This document shows positions 1 to 11,075 of a DNA stretch of 39,925 bases, one piece after another (within the stretch, counting starts at the first letter, position 1; each line of letters starts with the position of its first letter). Position numbers and translations under genes: made by a program. This DNA is from Jimgerdemannia flammicorona. Lineage: Eukaryota. The DNA lies in NCBI GenBank assembly GCA_003990765.1, contig RBNJ01000130.1:1-39925 (forward strand), read 5' to 3'. The notes beneath the pieces were generated by a model. The model did not search any database and was not told where the DNA came from. It worked only from the letters and a program-made list of their open reading frames with translations.

Positions 1-1160
1 GATTTTTATTGGAAGGGAACCTAGACTATATAGGCCAAAACCCTCCCCCACCACCCACCAAGCACTGCCCCCCCATTAACCTAGGCTAGCTATTGTCCAG
101 CAGCTCAACCATGCCAGGCGCAGCAGGGCTGATAAGCCCGCACCTCATTCTGTGCACCATGCTCTCCCTACCACCAGGGGAAACCCAACCATATGCCAAC
201 GACTGAAAGCGCATGCCTGAGAACCCAACGTATGTATAAGGCCACGCCCGAGCTGAATAGAATAGCCCCTGCCACCCCAAAGAGAATGACAGGCAAAGAA
301 AAAAACCCTCATTAAAGCACAACATGGTGGGTAGGGCCTGGTTCTCCCAGTTGAGGTGAGTAAAGGACTTACATATGAGGCAGGAGGAAACCCCCAATAC
401 CCCACTACTCAAGCCTGTGGGCCTCGATCACGTTGCCATGTCAGCTCCCGGTTCCAGTTGAGTGCAGCCAAGACGCCTGAAATAGGTAGCCTCGGGCCCC
501 CCAACCTCCCCTGATGACTGGGGCCTCACTCCGCTACCCACCAAAAGAAGCCGAGAGTGACACCTACCACCTAACCACGCCGCACCAATCAAAAGGCCCC
601 ACCGAAGCAGCACCTGCCCCAGCCCCGACAACCGCCCCCAGCCTGGCACCCTACTGGTTCACCGTAATCGCCCTTCCACCTATCTGTGACGGCCATCTCC
701 CCTCCCATCCCGACAACACCTGAAAAGCAGTCACCTATGCCAGAACCGCGCTCGCCGGGAAGCTCGCCAAAGCCAGAGGGCCCCACCACAGGCACCGAGG
801 ACCTGCGGGTAACCTACACTGAGCACTTGACGCCCAAGGTCGGCCGACTCCCTACGTAGCCTGAGACACACCGAGACAACTCCTTGTTGGCAACGGCAAA
901 AGGAAGAAGGCACCGCACCAAAATGGGCACACCCCAGATGCAGCTGAAGGCACCAGAATCCACGAAAAAGTGGAGGAAGCACCGATCCGACACCGATAAA
1001 GGGGCAACTCAGCACCATTGCCCTCCTCCCACCATGCTCCTGTAGGCACAGCAAACCAACCCAAGGTAGAGGGGGTAATATTAGGGGAAAGGGAACTCGG
1101 AAGGTCACCTACCAAACCTTGTGACTGGTAAGGTAGCGGAGAAAGGAGCTGTACAAATAG
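1..1160 (-). mobile_element. GC-rich 3' portion of a probable non-LTR retroposon (LINE 3' region or SINE-like), copy 1; poly(A) end lies outside the window
   Basis: 1-362 is a direct repeat of 1240-1590, which ends in AATAAA plus poly(A) on the minus strand. No RT or endonuclease motif recognised. The right boundary is approximate (GC to AT transition). Confidence 0.5.
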
Positions 1161-1186
1161 TTTTTAATATACTCTGTAAATATAAA

Positions 1187-1188
<2 letters not shown>

Positions 1189-1223
<35 letters not shown>

Positions 1224-1590
1224 GACTCAAAGTCCTGCAGATTTTTATTGGAAGAAAACCTAGACTATATAAGTCAAAACCCTCCCCCACCATCTATCAA
1301 GCACTGCTCCTTCATTAATCTAGACTAGCTATTATCTAATAGCTTGACCATGTCAGATACAGTAGGACCTATATTGGCCTGTATCTTATTCTATATACTA
1401 TGCTCTTCCTACCACCAGGGGGAACCCAGCCATACATCAATGATGCCCAAGACCCCAATGTATGTATAAGGCCATACCTGAGCTGAATAGAATAGCCCCT
1501 ACTACCCCAAAGAGAACAATAGACAAAAAAAAATCCTCATCAAAGTACATCATGGTGAGTAGGGTCTAGTTCTTCCAGTTGAGGTGAGTA
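1189..1590 (-). mobile_element. 5'-truncated poly(A)-tailed retroposon, copy 2
   Basis: T run at 1189-1219 and TTTATT (AATAAA on minus) ~25 nt inside it. The body matches 1-362 with mostly C>T/G>A changes (ccacccacca>ccatctatca; ggaagggaac>ggaagaaaac). Confidence 0.65.
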
Positions 1591-3397
1591 TATCTTACAT
1601 TCTTACTGTATATCTCATCTATGAGTAGATTTTGTAGATATTTTGGATATATTTTAGAATACTTTTCAACTTGTGAAAATTCCTTAAATAGGATTTTATA
1701 TATAATTCTTTTGGTTTCTATATCTCATTAAGTGAGAGTATTAGGATAGCAACTTGATATACATATCAACATATGACTTATATATACCATTCTATCAGAT
1801 TTATATTATTTATCAATAATATATAAAATATACAACCTATGCAACTTTAATAAAGTATCTCTCTTTTACTATATTTATTACTATCAACAGATTCAATAAA
1901 CCAAATTTGTTTAATACAACTACTATATATCTTGAAAATATATATTGAAAGATGGCAATATTATTAACCTCAAATAATATCTTTAGAAATTCTACAATAT
2001 TATACTCTCACCTTTCTACAAAGCTCAAAATTCTCATCACAAGTCTAAAGAAGTTTTGAAATATCTTAGTTATAGTAACTTGATATATAGTAGTACAGCC
2101 TGACTATATTATTATACATATAAATATCATCAATATATATAAAAATATATAAGTTAGTATTAATAAACAAGGCCCTTCTTTCTCTCTCCACTCTTTTAAG
2201 TATTCCATAACAAGAAGATAATACTATAAGTATAGATAGAATTCAGGATAATATTAGAAAAAAAAAAAATATTAATTAATACAATACCTTATTATATATA
2301 TAGAAATTAATTACTAAGAACTTGAGTAATGTAAATTTTTATCAGTTAATTATCGACTTCATTATTACTGATTATCAATCATTTATATACTACTATTGAG
2401 AATGACTACTTTAAGAAACTTTTTTATATATATTTATTAATATAATTTTGTATATTATTGAAAGAAATTTTGACCTATATAATCTAAAGTAAAGACTAAG
2501 CTGACTCCAATCTAAGATATCTCTTACTCTTAACTACTAAACTTTAGAGATCAATACTAAAGTATTTCTAGATATAGCAGTATACTAGATTGATACTAAT
2601 TGGAGTATATATAATATTATTCTGAATTTTGTTAATATAAGTAAAATAATATATACATATAAGTATAAATCTTACAAAGTTACTAGAACAGATGATTGAT
2701 AAATTATTGTTATCTAGTAATGATAGAATTATTAGTATTATCTATAATAATGCTAGTAATAATGATACATTATTTGAAAATCTTCATTATCAACTTGTTC
2801 AAATATATTGTTTTGAATATATATTGAATTTCATTATTCAAGATGCTCTTTTTTTTATTAATAAATCTATTATAATATTATAGAAGATTATCTAGAAAAT
2901 TATAAATTTAGTATAACAATAGATATAACTAAAAAAAACTTGTGAATCTTCTGAAATTTCTGCTTTGAAGTCTCTTTTGAATATTTCAACAAAATTGAGT
3001 TCAACATATATAATATTAGTATATACTATAGAAATCTATAAGGTATATTTATTTTGAATTCTAACTAACTTCAGATGAAATTGGGAATTATTTTAATACT
3101 GACTAACTCTTTTGACTGATATGGCTTGAGTATTCTGTATATAATAGATAGATAGCTCAGTAATATATCTGAAGATATATAGCAATAATTTGAATTGATT
3201 TGCCAATTTCTCAAACCTTTTATCAAAGTGATGGCAGCTATATCAGTATCAAAATATCTTATAATGGTAGTTATAATTCTACTATTTAATTAGTTATATA
3301 ATTATCTTAATGATACTATTGAAAAATATAGATATAGTGAACAATATAATAAGATATAATTTTGAAAATAATTTGGAGATAATTTTAGAAGAATTTA

Positions 3398-3432
<35 letters not shown>

Positions 3433-4429
3433 TTTTATTTCCTTATAGACTATAGTAACTGCTGCTGAAAATGTTCATTTGAAACTACTCAAGTATTACT
3501 ATAAAGTCACACTACTATATAGTATTGCTGTAGTTTTAAATTTATATATTAACATGTATTATTTTAAATATAAAAAATAGAGCAAGAAGTTAATTAATAA
3601 AATGAAAGATATTTGGAAAAGGAATTATAAGCCTAGTAATACTCTTAGTATATCAATTCTTGATAATGATTTTCTTAGTTCAATTTATAAAAAGAAACAG
3701 TGCATCAGTGTGGATAATGAGCTTGAATTGTGAGTATTGGCTTTTGGATATATATACTGCCCAATATTGTAACCTGATATAAATGCTCATATATCTCTAT
3801 AATTTTCAGTTATTTTTTAGAATATTCTTTTGATTCAAGTATAGATATACTTGACTGGTGGTAGTAGAATTAAAATATATACCCAAATCTTTTCCAAATG
3901 ATATATAATTATCTTGCTATTTCTACAATATTGATTCCATCAGGACATATTTTTTCTATTACTAGTGAACTGGTAACTGTATATCAAAATAGTCTGTATA
4001 TAGATATAATTCATATATATATATATCTTGATTCCTGGTAGTTATCAGATATATTTCCCTTCTGATTATCCTGATGTTTGCACTAAATGGATTCTGAGAT
4101 TAGGTCTTGGGTCAGATTTCAGGTCAGGTTCAAAGACAGGTTCAAAGGTGAGTTGGTTCAAAAATGGATCAGGTTCAAAGATGGGTTAGGTTCAAAGACA
4201 GGTTGGGTTCTAAGACAGGTTGGTCATTTTTTGGGTTGGGTTTGCTGCTAGCTTGGCCATTTTTTGGATCAGGTGCATTGATGGCTTGGTCATTTTTCAG
4301 GTTGGGTGTGCTGCTGGTTCAGCCATTGTTCAGATTTCATAAATATCTGGGTCTGCTATTATCTGGGTCAGGTATGCTGCAGGGTCGGCTCAAACTTGGA
4401 CTTGGGTCAGCTTGGGTTACAGAGCTCTA
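1591..4429 (+). mobile_element. Degenerate hAT-family DNA transposon (left end not identified)
   Basis: Transposase relic, subterminal GGGTCAG/GTTCAAAG repeats at 4100-4410, and a TIR-like end gggttacagagctcta at 4414-4429 (reverse complement TAGAGCTCTGTAACCC). Confidence 0.8.
2030..4040 (+). pseudogene. hAT transposase relic
   Basis: Mutated hallmark motifs: KISLTLNY*T (SLTLDxWT, ~2515), IISIIYNNASNND (TDNASN, ~2730), QIYCFEYILNFIIQDAL (CxxH). C-terminal dimerisation domain DILDWW...YPNL...YLAISTILIPSGHIFS...LDSW at 3844-4040. Probable intron GTGAGT...TTTTCAG near 3730-3810. Confidence 0.85.
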
Positions 4430-5951
4430 GGCATAATCAATACATGTTTTGGTAGCCTTCATTTTCATAATTAAGTGCAAGTTTCGTGAAATTAATGGAG
4501 GCCATTTCCATACTAATTGAAATTTATTTCTCTTGAACTTTCATCCGAGCAATATTACAAACTCTCTCGGATGAGAAGGTTTCTCCAAGAACGACTTAAC
4601 CGTACGAGCTACAGGTGTACGTGTCTTTGGGCTATCAATGCTGACTCTTGTGTCAATACCAAGAAGTTCTATTACTTCGCTAAATCCGGCCCTATGCAAA
4701 ATCCAAGGGACCTGAAAAAACTCCAAAAATACGGTTTCGATGTCACTATTATCTTAATAATACATTTTTTGCGTGCGGCAAAGTGTCCTATGCGTGAGGA
4801 AGCTGGAACGTGAATTGAGGTAGAATTATGTGTGAAACGAATCTGGGTGTGGGGGCATGGGTTTGGCTCTAAGGAAGCATACGCTTCCGAAGGCATTCGT
4901 ATGCGAAGAGGCCGGGCACACATTTATTGTTCCAAAGGGGATGGGTGTGAGGGGTGCGTGAAATCGATTGATACGAATTACTAACGACGATTGCTAGAGT
5001 ATGTTGAATACTGCAGAATACTAAGTTCAGCTGTATGCCCCAAAGTTAGCGGCCACACACAAAGTACATTTCCCTCTAAGTTAAGATGGTGGATTGCGTG
5101 ATTGCATTGCATGAATGTTTGAGCGATGAATGTTTGAGCGATGAATGTCAAGCGCATGAATGTTAGGTTTGAACTGCATTCACAATTATATCGAGCGTGC
5201 GAGTCCCATCTTAATTACGGTCTCGCCACAGACATACACAACCTTTCTGGACTCGGGAAGGGCATCGTTTATTTCGTCCAGAAGGCGGAATGGGTATTAC
5301 ATTTGTCAAACATTACAAAGCGTCCGAACGACACTGTCTCAGTCAACCCACCTAACTTTGTGTTAGCACTTGGCGACATCTTTATCTCGGTGACTTTCGA
5401 TATCTGGGTGGAAACGGTGGAAGAGGTACGGTACAACATACTTTCCTCTTGGCATATTGGGCGATTTATACAGCATTTTTGCAAGCGTTTACGCCCTCCT
5501 GTTTATCGAGAGACTCGAGGGTTGGTTATGGAGAAAGCTCTGTGATTTCGATGACCTCAAAGGGGAAGCAAACGAGTCGGTGCCCAGCCACCTCCCTTTC
5601 AGCGGTACATGTAAGGGCGATCGTCGACGAAAGTGTGGTGGCACATCTGGGAAAGAAGGTCCCCCCGGAACGCGCTTTTGTGTGAGTATTACTTGAATAC
5701 CGAAGACATCGGCGAACCTATCAAGTCGAATGTATGATTGTAGCCTTTCCCAAATATTGTGAGCGAAAACACGACAGAACTTAGGTATTCCAATAGTGAT
5801 AAATAATAATATCGGCTGGGGCGGGCACGTAAATTACGTAATAGGCTTAACAAAGATAATTAAACACAAGAATTTTTCGTGTTCTATATTTCGTTTGTAA
5901 CAGCAAGGGCACGTTTGCGGAAATAATTGTGAGCGTACTTGTGACGTTCGC

Positions 5952-5984
<33 letters not shown>

Positions 5985-5986
<2 letters not shown>

Positions 5987-6365
5987 TGTCCACTTGCATT
6001 ATGTAAATGTTGGTAATTCCATCCGGTCTGTATTTAAACGCACGCGCTACAAGAAACTCTCCACTGTCCTATAGGCCATTGTGTAAAAAGACTCACATAT
6101 CAAGGCACATTGATTTTAATTTTCGATCATGCGGTAATCCCCGTGCATGACACTCATGATTTCGAAAGCCTTCAAAGCGTTGGCATTAAGGGACAGCGGC
6201 TGTTTCTCGCCACATGTTTCATGGCCACAAACGTCACATCATTTTCGGAATATCAAAAAGTATTCCAAAAGATCGGATTCTTGGCCCGACAAACTCATGG
6301 TACTAATACCTTATCTCATGACTGATGACTAACAAACGACAATTACGTACGGTGTCTGTGCCGTA
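5985..6365 (+). repeat. Diverged direct copy of the 5'UTR and first codons of the 7TM gene (8293-8665)
   Basis: Colinear matching blocks: gtccacttgcatt/gtccacttacatt; ggtaattccatccg/ggtaatttcatccg; taggccattgtgtaaaaagactc/taggccattgtgcagaagactc; taataccttatctcatg/taataccttctatcatg; caattacgtacggtgtctgtgccgt/caattttgcacggtatttatgccgt. Confidence 0.75.
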
Positions 6366-6579
6366 AACCAATGTATGTCAACATACGGCTTCTGAATCAT
6401 ATATATAGTTTCCGAAGAGAATGGTATATACAAAAATTCCGAGGCCGTTGGGTTTTGAATATCACAAAATGGACAGAGTCGCTATATGACAGGAGAAAAT
6501 TTAAGGTTTAATGTCGGGCTTAAGATGCGGTGCACCTTAGTCCTAAAAATTTAGTTATGCCTGTATGTATGCCTGTTCC

Positions 6580-7490
6580 GTATGGACATGCCCCTCCAAA
6601 AATAAACTTGACGAAACACGCTATTCTGCTCTGGGTTCTAAGTTTACGTCGTGTTTATGTGTGATATAAATATATTACATCCTGTATAACAAACAATAAA
6701 AATTTGTGCTAACCTTATAGACGTCTGCCACAATAAAAATAGCGTCTCAAAAATAGAACTTCCTTTGGAATATATAGTTGTGACGTATTCATTGATACGT
6801 CCTCGTTCTGTGACGTCGTTAGTCATTCTGCCTGCCAATTGTGCTCCGAACGAGACAAGACGAGATATCCCGAGTCTCAATAGATTCATATATGGCAGTC
6901 CACGATCAATTCCGTTGTTCACCACTTAGTATATACACGTTCGCACACCCGCGCATCCAGTCCACGTTCGAAATCTAGTTCAGGTTAGTTCGACAGTCCA
7001 TCGTCCAGTCCACCACATTCGCCATCTAGTTCACATTCACTCATTTAACCCCCGTTCGCTCATCAAGTCAGTCCACATTACACTCGTCCAGTCTACGTTC
7101 GCTCTTTCAGGCCGCGGTCGTTCCGTAGTCCACCATCCAATCGACGTTTGTTCAGTCCACGCTCACTCTGCTGGCCAAGATCACCAAGTTCACTCGCCAT
7201 TTGCTCGACAGTCTATCGTCCACTTTTAGTTGCGGAATTAATCTTCGAGTCCCTTTTTTTCGACAATCCAACGTCCTGTCCACATTCGCGCGTCTAGCTC
7301 ACATTTACTCGTCCAGTCCATGGTCGCTCACTAATACGTTCATCCGGCGACTTATCATCGCTCAGCGATCATCTCGTTCTGGAATCCATTATTGCTTACT
7401 GGTCAATTATTGCTCAAATATCTATCTTCAAAACTAAGAGTCAATTGGATATGCTTTATTTATAAGCACATTATTTAAATATGCCAAAGT
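6580..7490 (+). repeat. Left arm of a long diverged inverted repeat, with an internal CAGTCCACGTTCGC-type motif array
   Basis: Matches the reverse complement of 9805-10610, e.g. gccacaataaaaatagcgtctcaaaaatagaacttcctttgga vs gccacaataaaataacgtctcaaaaatagagcttcctttaga. Also shared: gtgctccgaacg, tatcccgag, aactaagagtcaa/aactaaaagtcaa, atgctttattt. Confidence 0.85.
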
Positions 7491-8220
7491 ATATATATAA
7501 AATAAATATTCTTTTCAATATATATTTATATATACCTCAAACATGGGTTGAGAAAATCTCAATTTACATGATAGTTCGCAAGTTCAAGTAAAAAATTACA
7601 AGTTTTGCCGGCAGCTGCATGATCGAAGTGGCGATGTTGGATGTGGGCGCATTCTCATGAAGAACAACGTTGTAACATTCCTGGTACCATGGAGCGCTAC
7701 TCGTCCACGGTTTGGGAAAAGGTTGCCACTTTCAAGAGTCAGGAGGGCACGCCCATCAGAGCCACATACCAATTATAAGTATATACACATCAATTATCAC
7801 CAAACAAAATCAGAGATTCATGGCATAATTATACCGACTCACCTTCTATAAACGATGTGAATTTTGTGTTCTCCTTCCGAAAATTACCGAAATTTCATAG
7901 CTGCTGCAGGTTGTTTTGAATGGCAGACGTCAAAAAAATAACGTTCGAATGGAAGCATTTCTTTATGATTGGTCCTATAAAGAAAGATACATGTGCCGTT
8001 GTCGGTGGTGTTTAGGAGCTCGTCGATGGTCGGTCGGAAACGGATCCGAAATTTCTTTCTGCATGTGAGCCACCCCCTAATATACTAGCCATTCCCCGTA
8101 GTATATACATGTAATGGTGAACGCGTGAGTCAAGGTACTATTTCCGGCCCATCAAGTTAAAAAAGTTACTTTCTTCCTGGTTTTTAAAAGTGGCTGGCTC
8201 ATATATAGGTTTAGTGCATA

Positions 8221-8370
8221 TATAAATAATCAAGCCCAAAATAGAATAGGAATCGACAACATTTCGGTTTCGGCCATTCCCGAAAATAACTTTTGTCCAC
8301 TTACATTAGGTAATTTCATCCGTCCTTTATTTGCACACATCACTACAAAATACTTTTCATAATCTTGTAG
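8221..8370 (+). promoter_or_regulatory. Putative TATA box (8221-8228) and 5'UTR intron (8310-8370) of the 7TM gene
   Basis: TATAAATA followed by AG|GTAATT...TCTTGTAG|G (61 nt). Both splice sites are retained in the paralogous copy (6013-6074, 62 nt). Confidence 0.5.
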
Positions 8371-8629
8371 GCCATTGTGCAGAAGACTCGCACGTCGTAA
8401 AATACAAGGATTTAGAAGGCTTCTCAAATTGGTATTTCTGCGAATGGTATTCATAATTTCAATTTATGTTCTTCAAACGATTATTTTGGTTGAAGACCTT
8501 CAAATTCTTCGTTTGTCGCCACGTTTCCTTGTGCTACAAACATTCGCATAATTTCCAGTATATTTTAGCGTGACCCGAAAGAAAAGATTCCTTGTCGGAA
8601 AAACCCCCTATTCATTAATACCTTCTATC

Positions 8630-9508
8630 ATGGAATTTGCAATTTTGCACGGTATTTATGCCGTTCTGATCTTCGCCGCCCTCTCATTTTTCCTCGTTTG
8701 CACCCTCCACTTGGGCCGCTTTGGCTTGTTATCTGCCATCCTCACTATCCATTCTGTTTGTTCAATATTGTTCTACATTCTAATCTGCGTTACCGACATT
8801 CAATTCTCTCTCTGGATTGAAGAAAATGAGGCCAAGTTGATTTTGGAATGCTGGGTCACATGGCTGACCTGCATCGCTGCCTACGAGGGGTTCCGTGGAT
8901 GGGTTGTCAACGTCGCTGGCAAGGCGACCACTGGCGCGTGGGCGGTGATCACGGTCATTTTGGAGGTCATCTTCCTCTGCCTAGCTCTGATCGAGGTTTC
9001 CTTAAGAATATCTATCTATCTGGGAATCAAGGCCAACTTGCTCCGAAAAGTAATTAATGGCTGCTCCGATATGCGGGTTTACGCGTTCCCAACCTTCGTT
9101 GCGCTGCTCTTGGGCATGGTCCTGTGTTTTTCCACCCGCGATGGCGCCCCCAAGTGGCCTTATGCCGCCGTAGTCTGCATCTACGCCATCCTTGTTGTCG
9201 GATCGTTCATTTCGAGTCGGTTCGGTGTCGACGAAATTATCCCGTCGCCGATTCTAGCTCCCCTGTGGATGGGTTTAAACGCCCAGACTGTGGTCGCGAT
9301 TATGGGTGGCAGAACTACCGCGCTCAGCGTCTCAGTTCAACCCCCTACATTGCCTCACATCGACTACGGCCAACTCGAAAATCTCTCAATACCTCAAGAC
9401 AACGGCGCCACATCTTCCTCAAACACTTTGCAAAACGACTTGGGACGTCATTCCACATCCACATCACACACGGATGTTTCCATACTCAACATACGCATTG
9501 ATGCGTAA
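8630..9508 (+). CDS. Orphan 7-transmembrane (GPCR-like topology) protein, 292 aa
   Basis: Uninterrupted GC/CpG-rich ORF. First ATG is at 8630 (the ORF track starts at a GTG). About seven hydrophobic segments over aa 4-225, then a Ser/Thr/Pro-rich hydrophilic tail. AATAAA at 9832. Family not recognised. Confidence 0.85.
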   Translation: MEFAILHGIYAVLIFAALSFFLVCTLHLGRFGLLSAILTIHSVCSILFYILICVTDIQFSLWIEENEAKLILECWVTWLTCIAAYEGFRGWVVNVAGKATTGAWAVITVILEVIFLCLALIEVSLRISIYLGIKANLLRKVINGCSDMRVYAFPTFVALLLGMVLCFSTRDGAPKWPYAAVVCIYAILVVGSFISSRFGVDEIIPSPILAPLWMGLNAQTVVAIMGGRTTALSVSVQPPTLPHIDYGQLENLSIPQDNGATSSSNTLQNDLGRHSTSTSHTDVSILNIRIDA

Positions 9509-9804
9509 TCACACCCACCTCAAGAGACCAGCCAGGTCTTGAATACATTCGGTTCGTCCCCAGCACACACTCTAATGCAGCCATTCAGCCATGTCACGAA
9601 CACTTCCAATTTGTCCCTGGAAAATATACAATACAGCCAAGATCATCGCATACGATCGTTGACGTGCCTAACCAGCAGAAACCATTATAGATGTAGCATG
9701 GAACAAGAATGTTTGTTAATGATTTCCTCTGACTTTACTTTGCAAAATTTCTTTTCAATTTGCAAAAGGATCAGATGTGTTCTACTGTGCGTTATCTTTA
9801 TAGT

Positions 9805-10610
9805 ATGGTATATTTAAAAAATGGATGATTAAATAAAGCATGTGATTTGACTTTTAGTTAGGAGAATTGGTATTTAAGCCAGTAATTGACAATGGATTTA
9901 GAAGCTAGGCGAATTGCTGAGTGATAAATCACCGGAGAAGAATGAAATGAGCGAATGCGCTCGAAGCAGCAAACCTGGAATCGATGATGTATTGGCGAGC
10001 CCCCATACACTTTACGAGTAACTGTGGACTGGACGAGCGAATGTGGGATGGGCGGGCAAACGTGGACTGCGGAGCGTCGACTGAACGAATGAACGTGGAC
10101 TTGACAGTGAATGTGACCATGATGAGCGAACGTGGACTGGACGATGGCTGGCAATGGCCAACAAACCTGAACTGGATTGCGAAAGTGGGCTGGATGCGCG
10201 GACGTGGGCGGGATGGGTGAGCGAATGAAAGTAGATAGACTGAATAGTGGACTACGGAATGAGACTAGTTGGTGAATTGCGGAATGAATAGTGGACTGCT
10301 TAGTGCGAACAAATATGAAACTAATGAGGCTCGGGATACCTCGTCCCGTTCGGAGCACTGTCGCCAGAAGGAACGAATGACGAATGACCCCGCAGAACGT
10401 TGACAAGTCACGTCTGCCTCAATGAAACATCACAGCCTCGATCGACAACTACTCTAAAGGAAGCTCTATTTTTGAGACGTTATTTTATTGTGGCGGACCT
10501 CTATGCAGTTATGTCATTGTGAGCTTGTTTTGTTACACAGGTATGTATACTTAGCACCCAGAGCCGAATATCGTGTTCCTTTTGGAGGGCAATGTGCGTC
10601 ATATCCATAC
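9805..10610 (-). repeat. Right arm of the long inverted repeat
   Basis: Reverse-complement match to 6580-7490, with repeated GCGAACGTGGACTGGAC-like motifs at 10020-10300. Similarity stops where the LTR-like TGTGAC begins (10611). Confidence 0.85.
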
Positions 10611-11075
10611 TGTGACGAACGAACATTATGTATAATATAGTGAAAACTGCATACAAAATACCTAGCATAGTTACCCTACATAGTTACCACATGTGCTACC
10701 AATTTGTATAAATAACCAGATGTACCAAATCAGGTATACTGATCTTCAGTGGAACACCCATTCTAAGTGGAACACTCATTTCATGCAGAAACACCTGTTC
10801 CATAAGGAATATCTTTTCTAAATTAACCTTTCTGCACATTCTATAATTACTCAGATAGCAACTAGATAGTAACCATACTTGTAAAATACTCTAGAGATTT
10901 GAGTGAATAAATCTTAGTTCAAAAAGTAAAAAAAAAACCAAAAACCAATTGTCTGATAAACTTAGGAGTAATGTTTGCCAAAAGCAACTTAATGTAAAAA
11001 AATAATTATAATACTTAGGAGATATATCTACCAATGAGTCACTGTTAAGAAATTGTGAGCTTTATTTCTTTTTCA
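10611..11075 (+). repeat. Putative 5' LTR of element A
   Basis: Starts with TG, contains TATAAATA and AATAAA, and ends near ...TTCA followed by TGGT (PBS-like). No second copy in the window to confirm it. Confidence 0.5.

Noticed and set aside
1105-1318. Poly-K and poly-F ORFs
   Set aside because: They are artefacts of the retroposon poly(A) tail.
3402-3430. T run in the hAT relic (and the A run at 5954-5984) as retroposition scars
   Set aside because: No flanking target-site duplication found; slippage or intronic tract expansion is equally likely.
4164-4430. 88-aa ORF
   Set aside because: It is a translation of hAT subterminal repeats.
5141-5545. 134-aa plus-strand ORF
   Set aside because: It starts within a short tandem repeat (gcgatgaatgtttga) and has no recognisable domain or supporting signals.
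6896-7330. CRISPR-like repeat-spacer array in the inverted arms
   Set aside because: Repeats are short, degenerate and irregularly spaced; the context is eukaryotic and there are no cas genes.
8570-8629. N-terminal extension of the 7TM ORF
   Set aside because: It needs a GTG start. ATG 8630 is the first methionine and its context is conserved in the duplicate.
9858-10406. 182-aa minus-strand ORF as a repetitive peptide or pheromone precursor
   Set aside because: TTG start, repeat units fall in different frames, no processing or CAAX motifs, and the frame is not conserved in the left arm.
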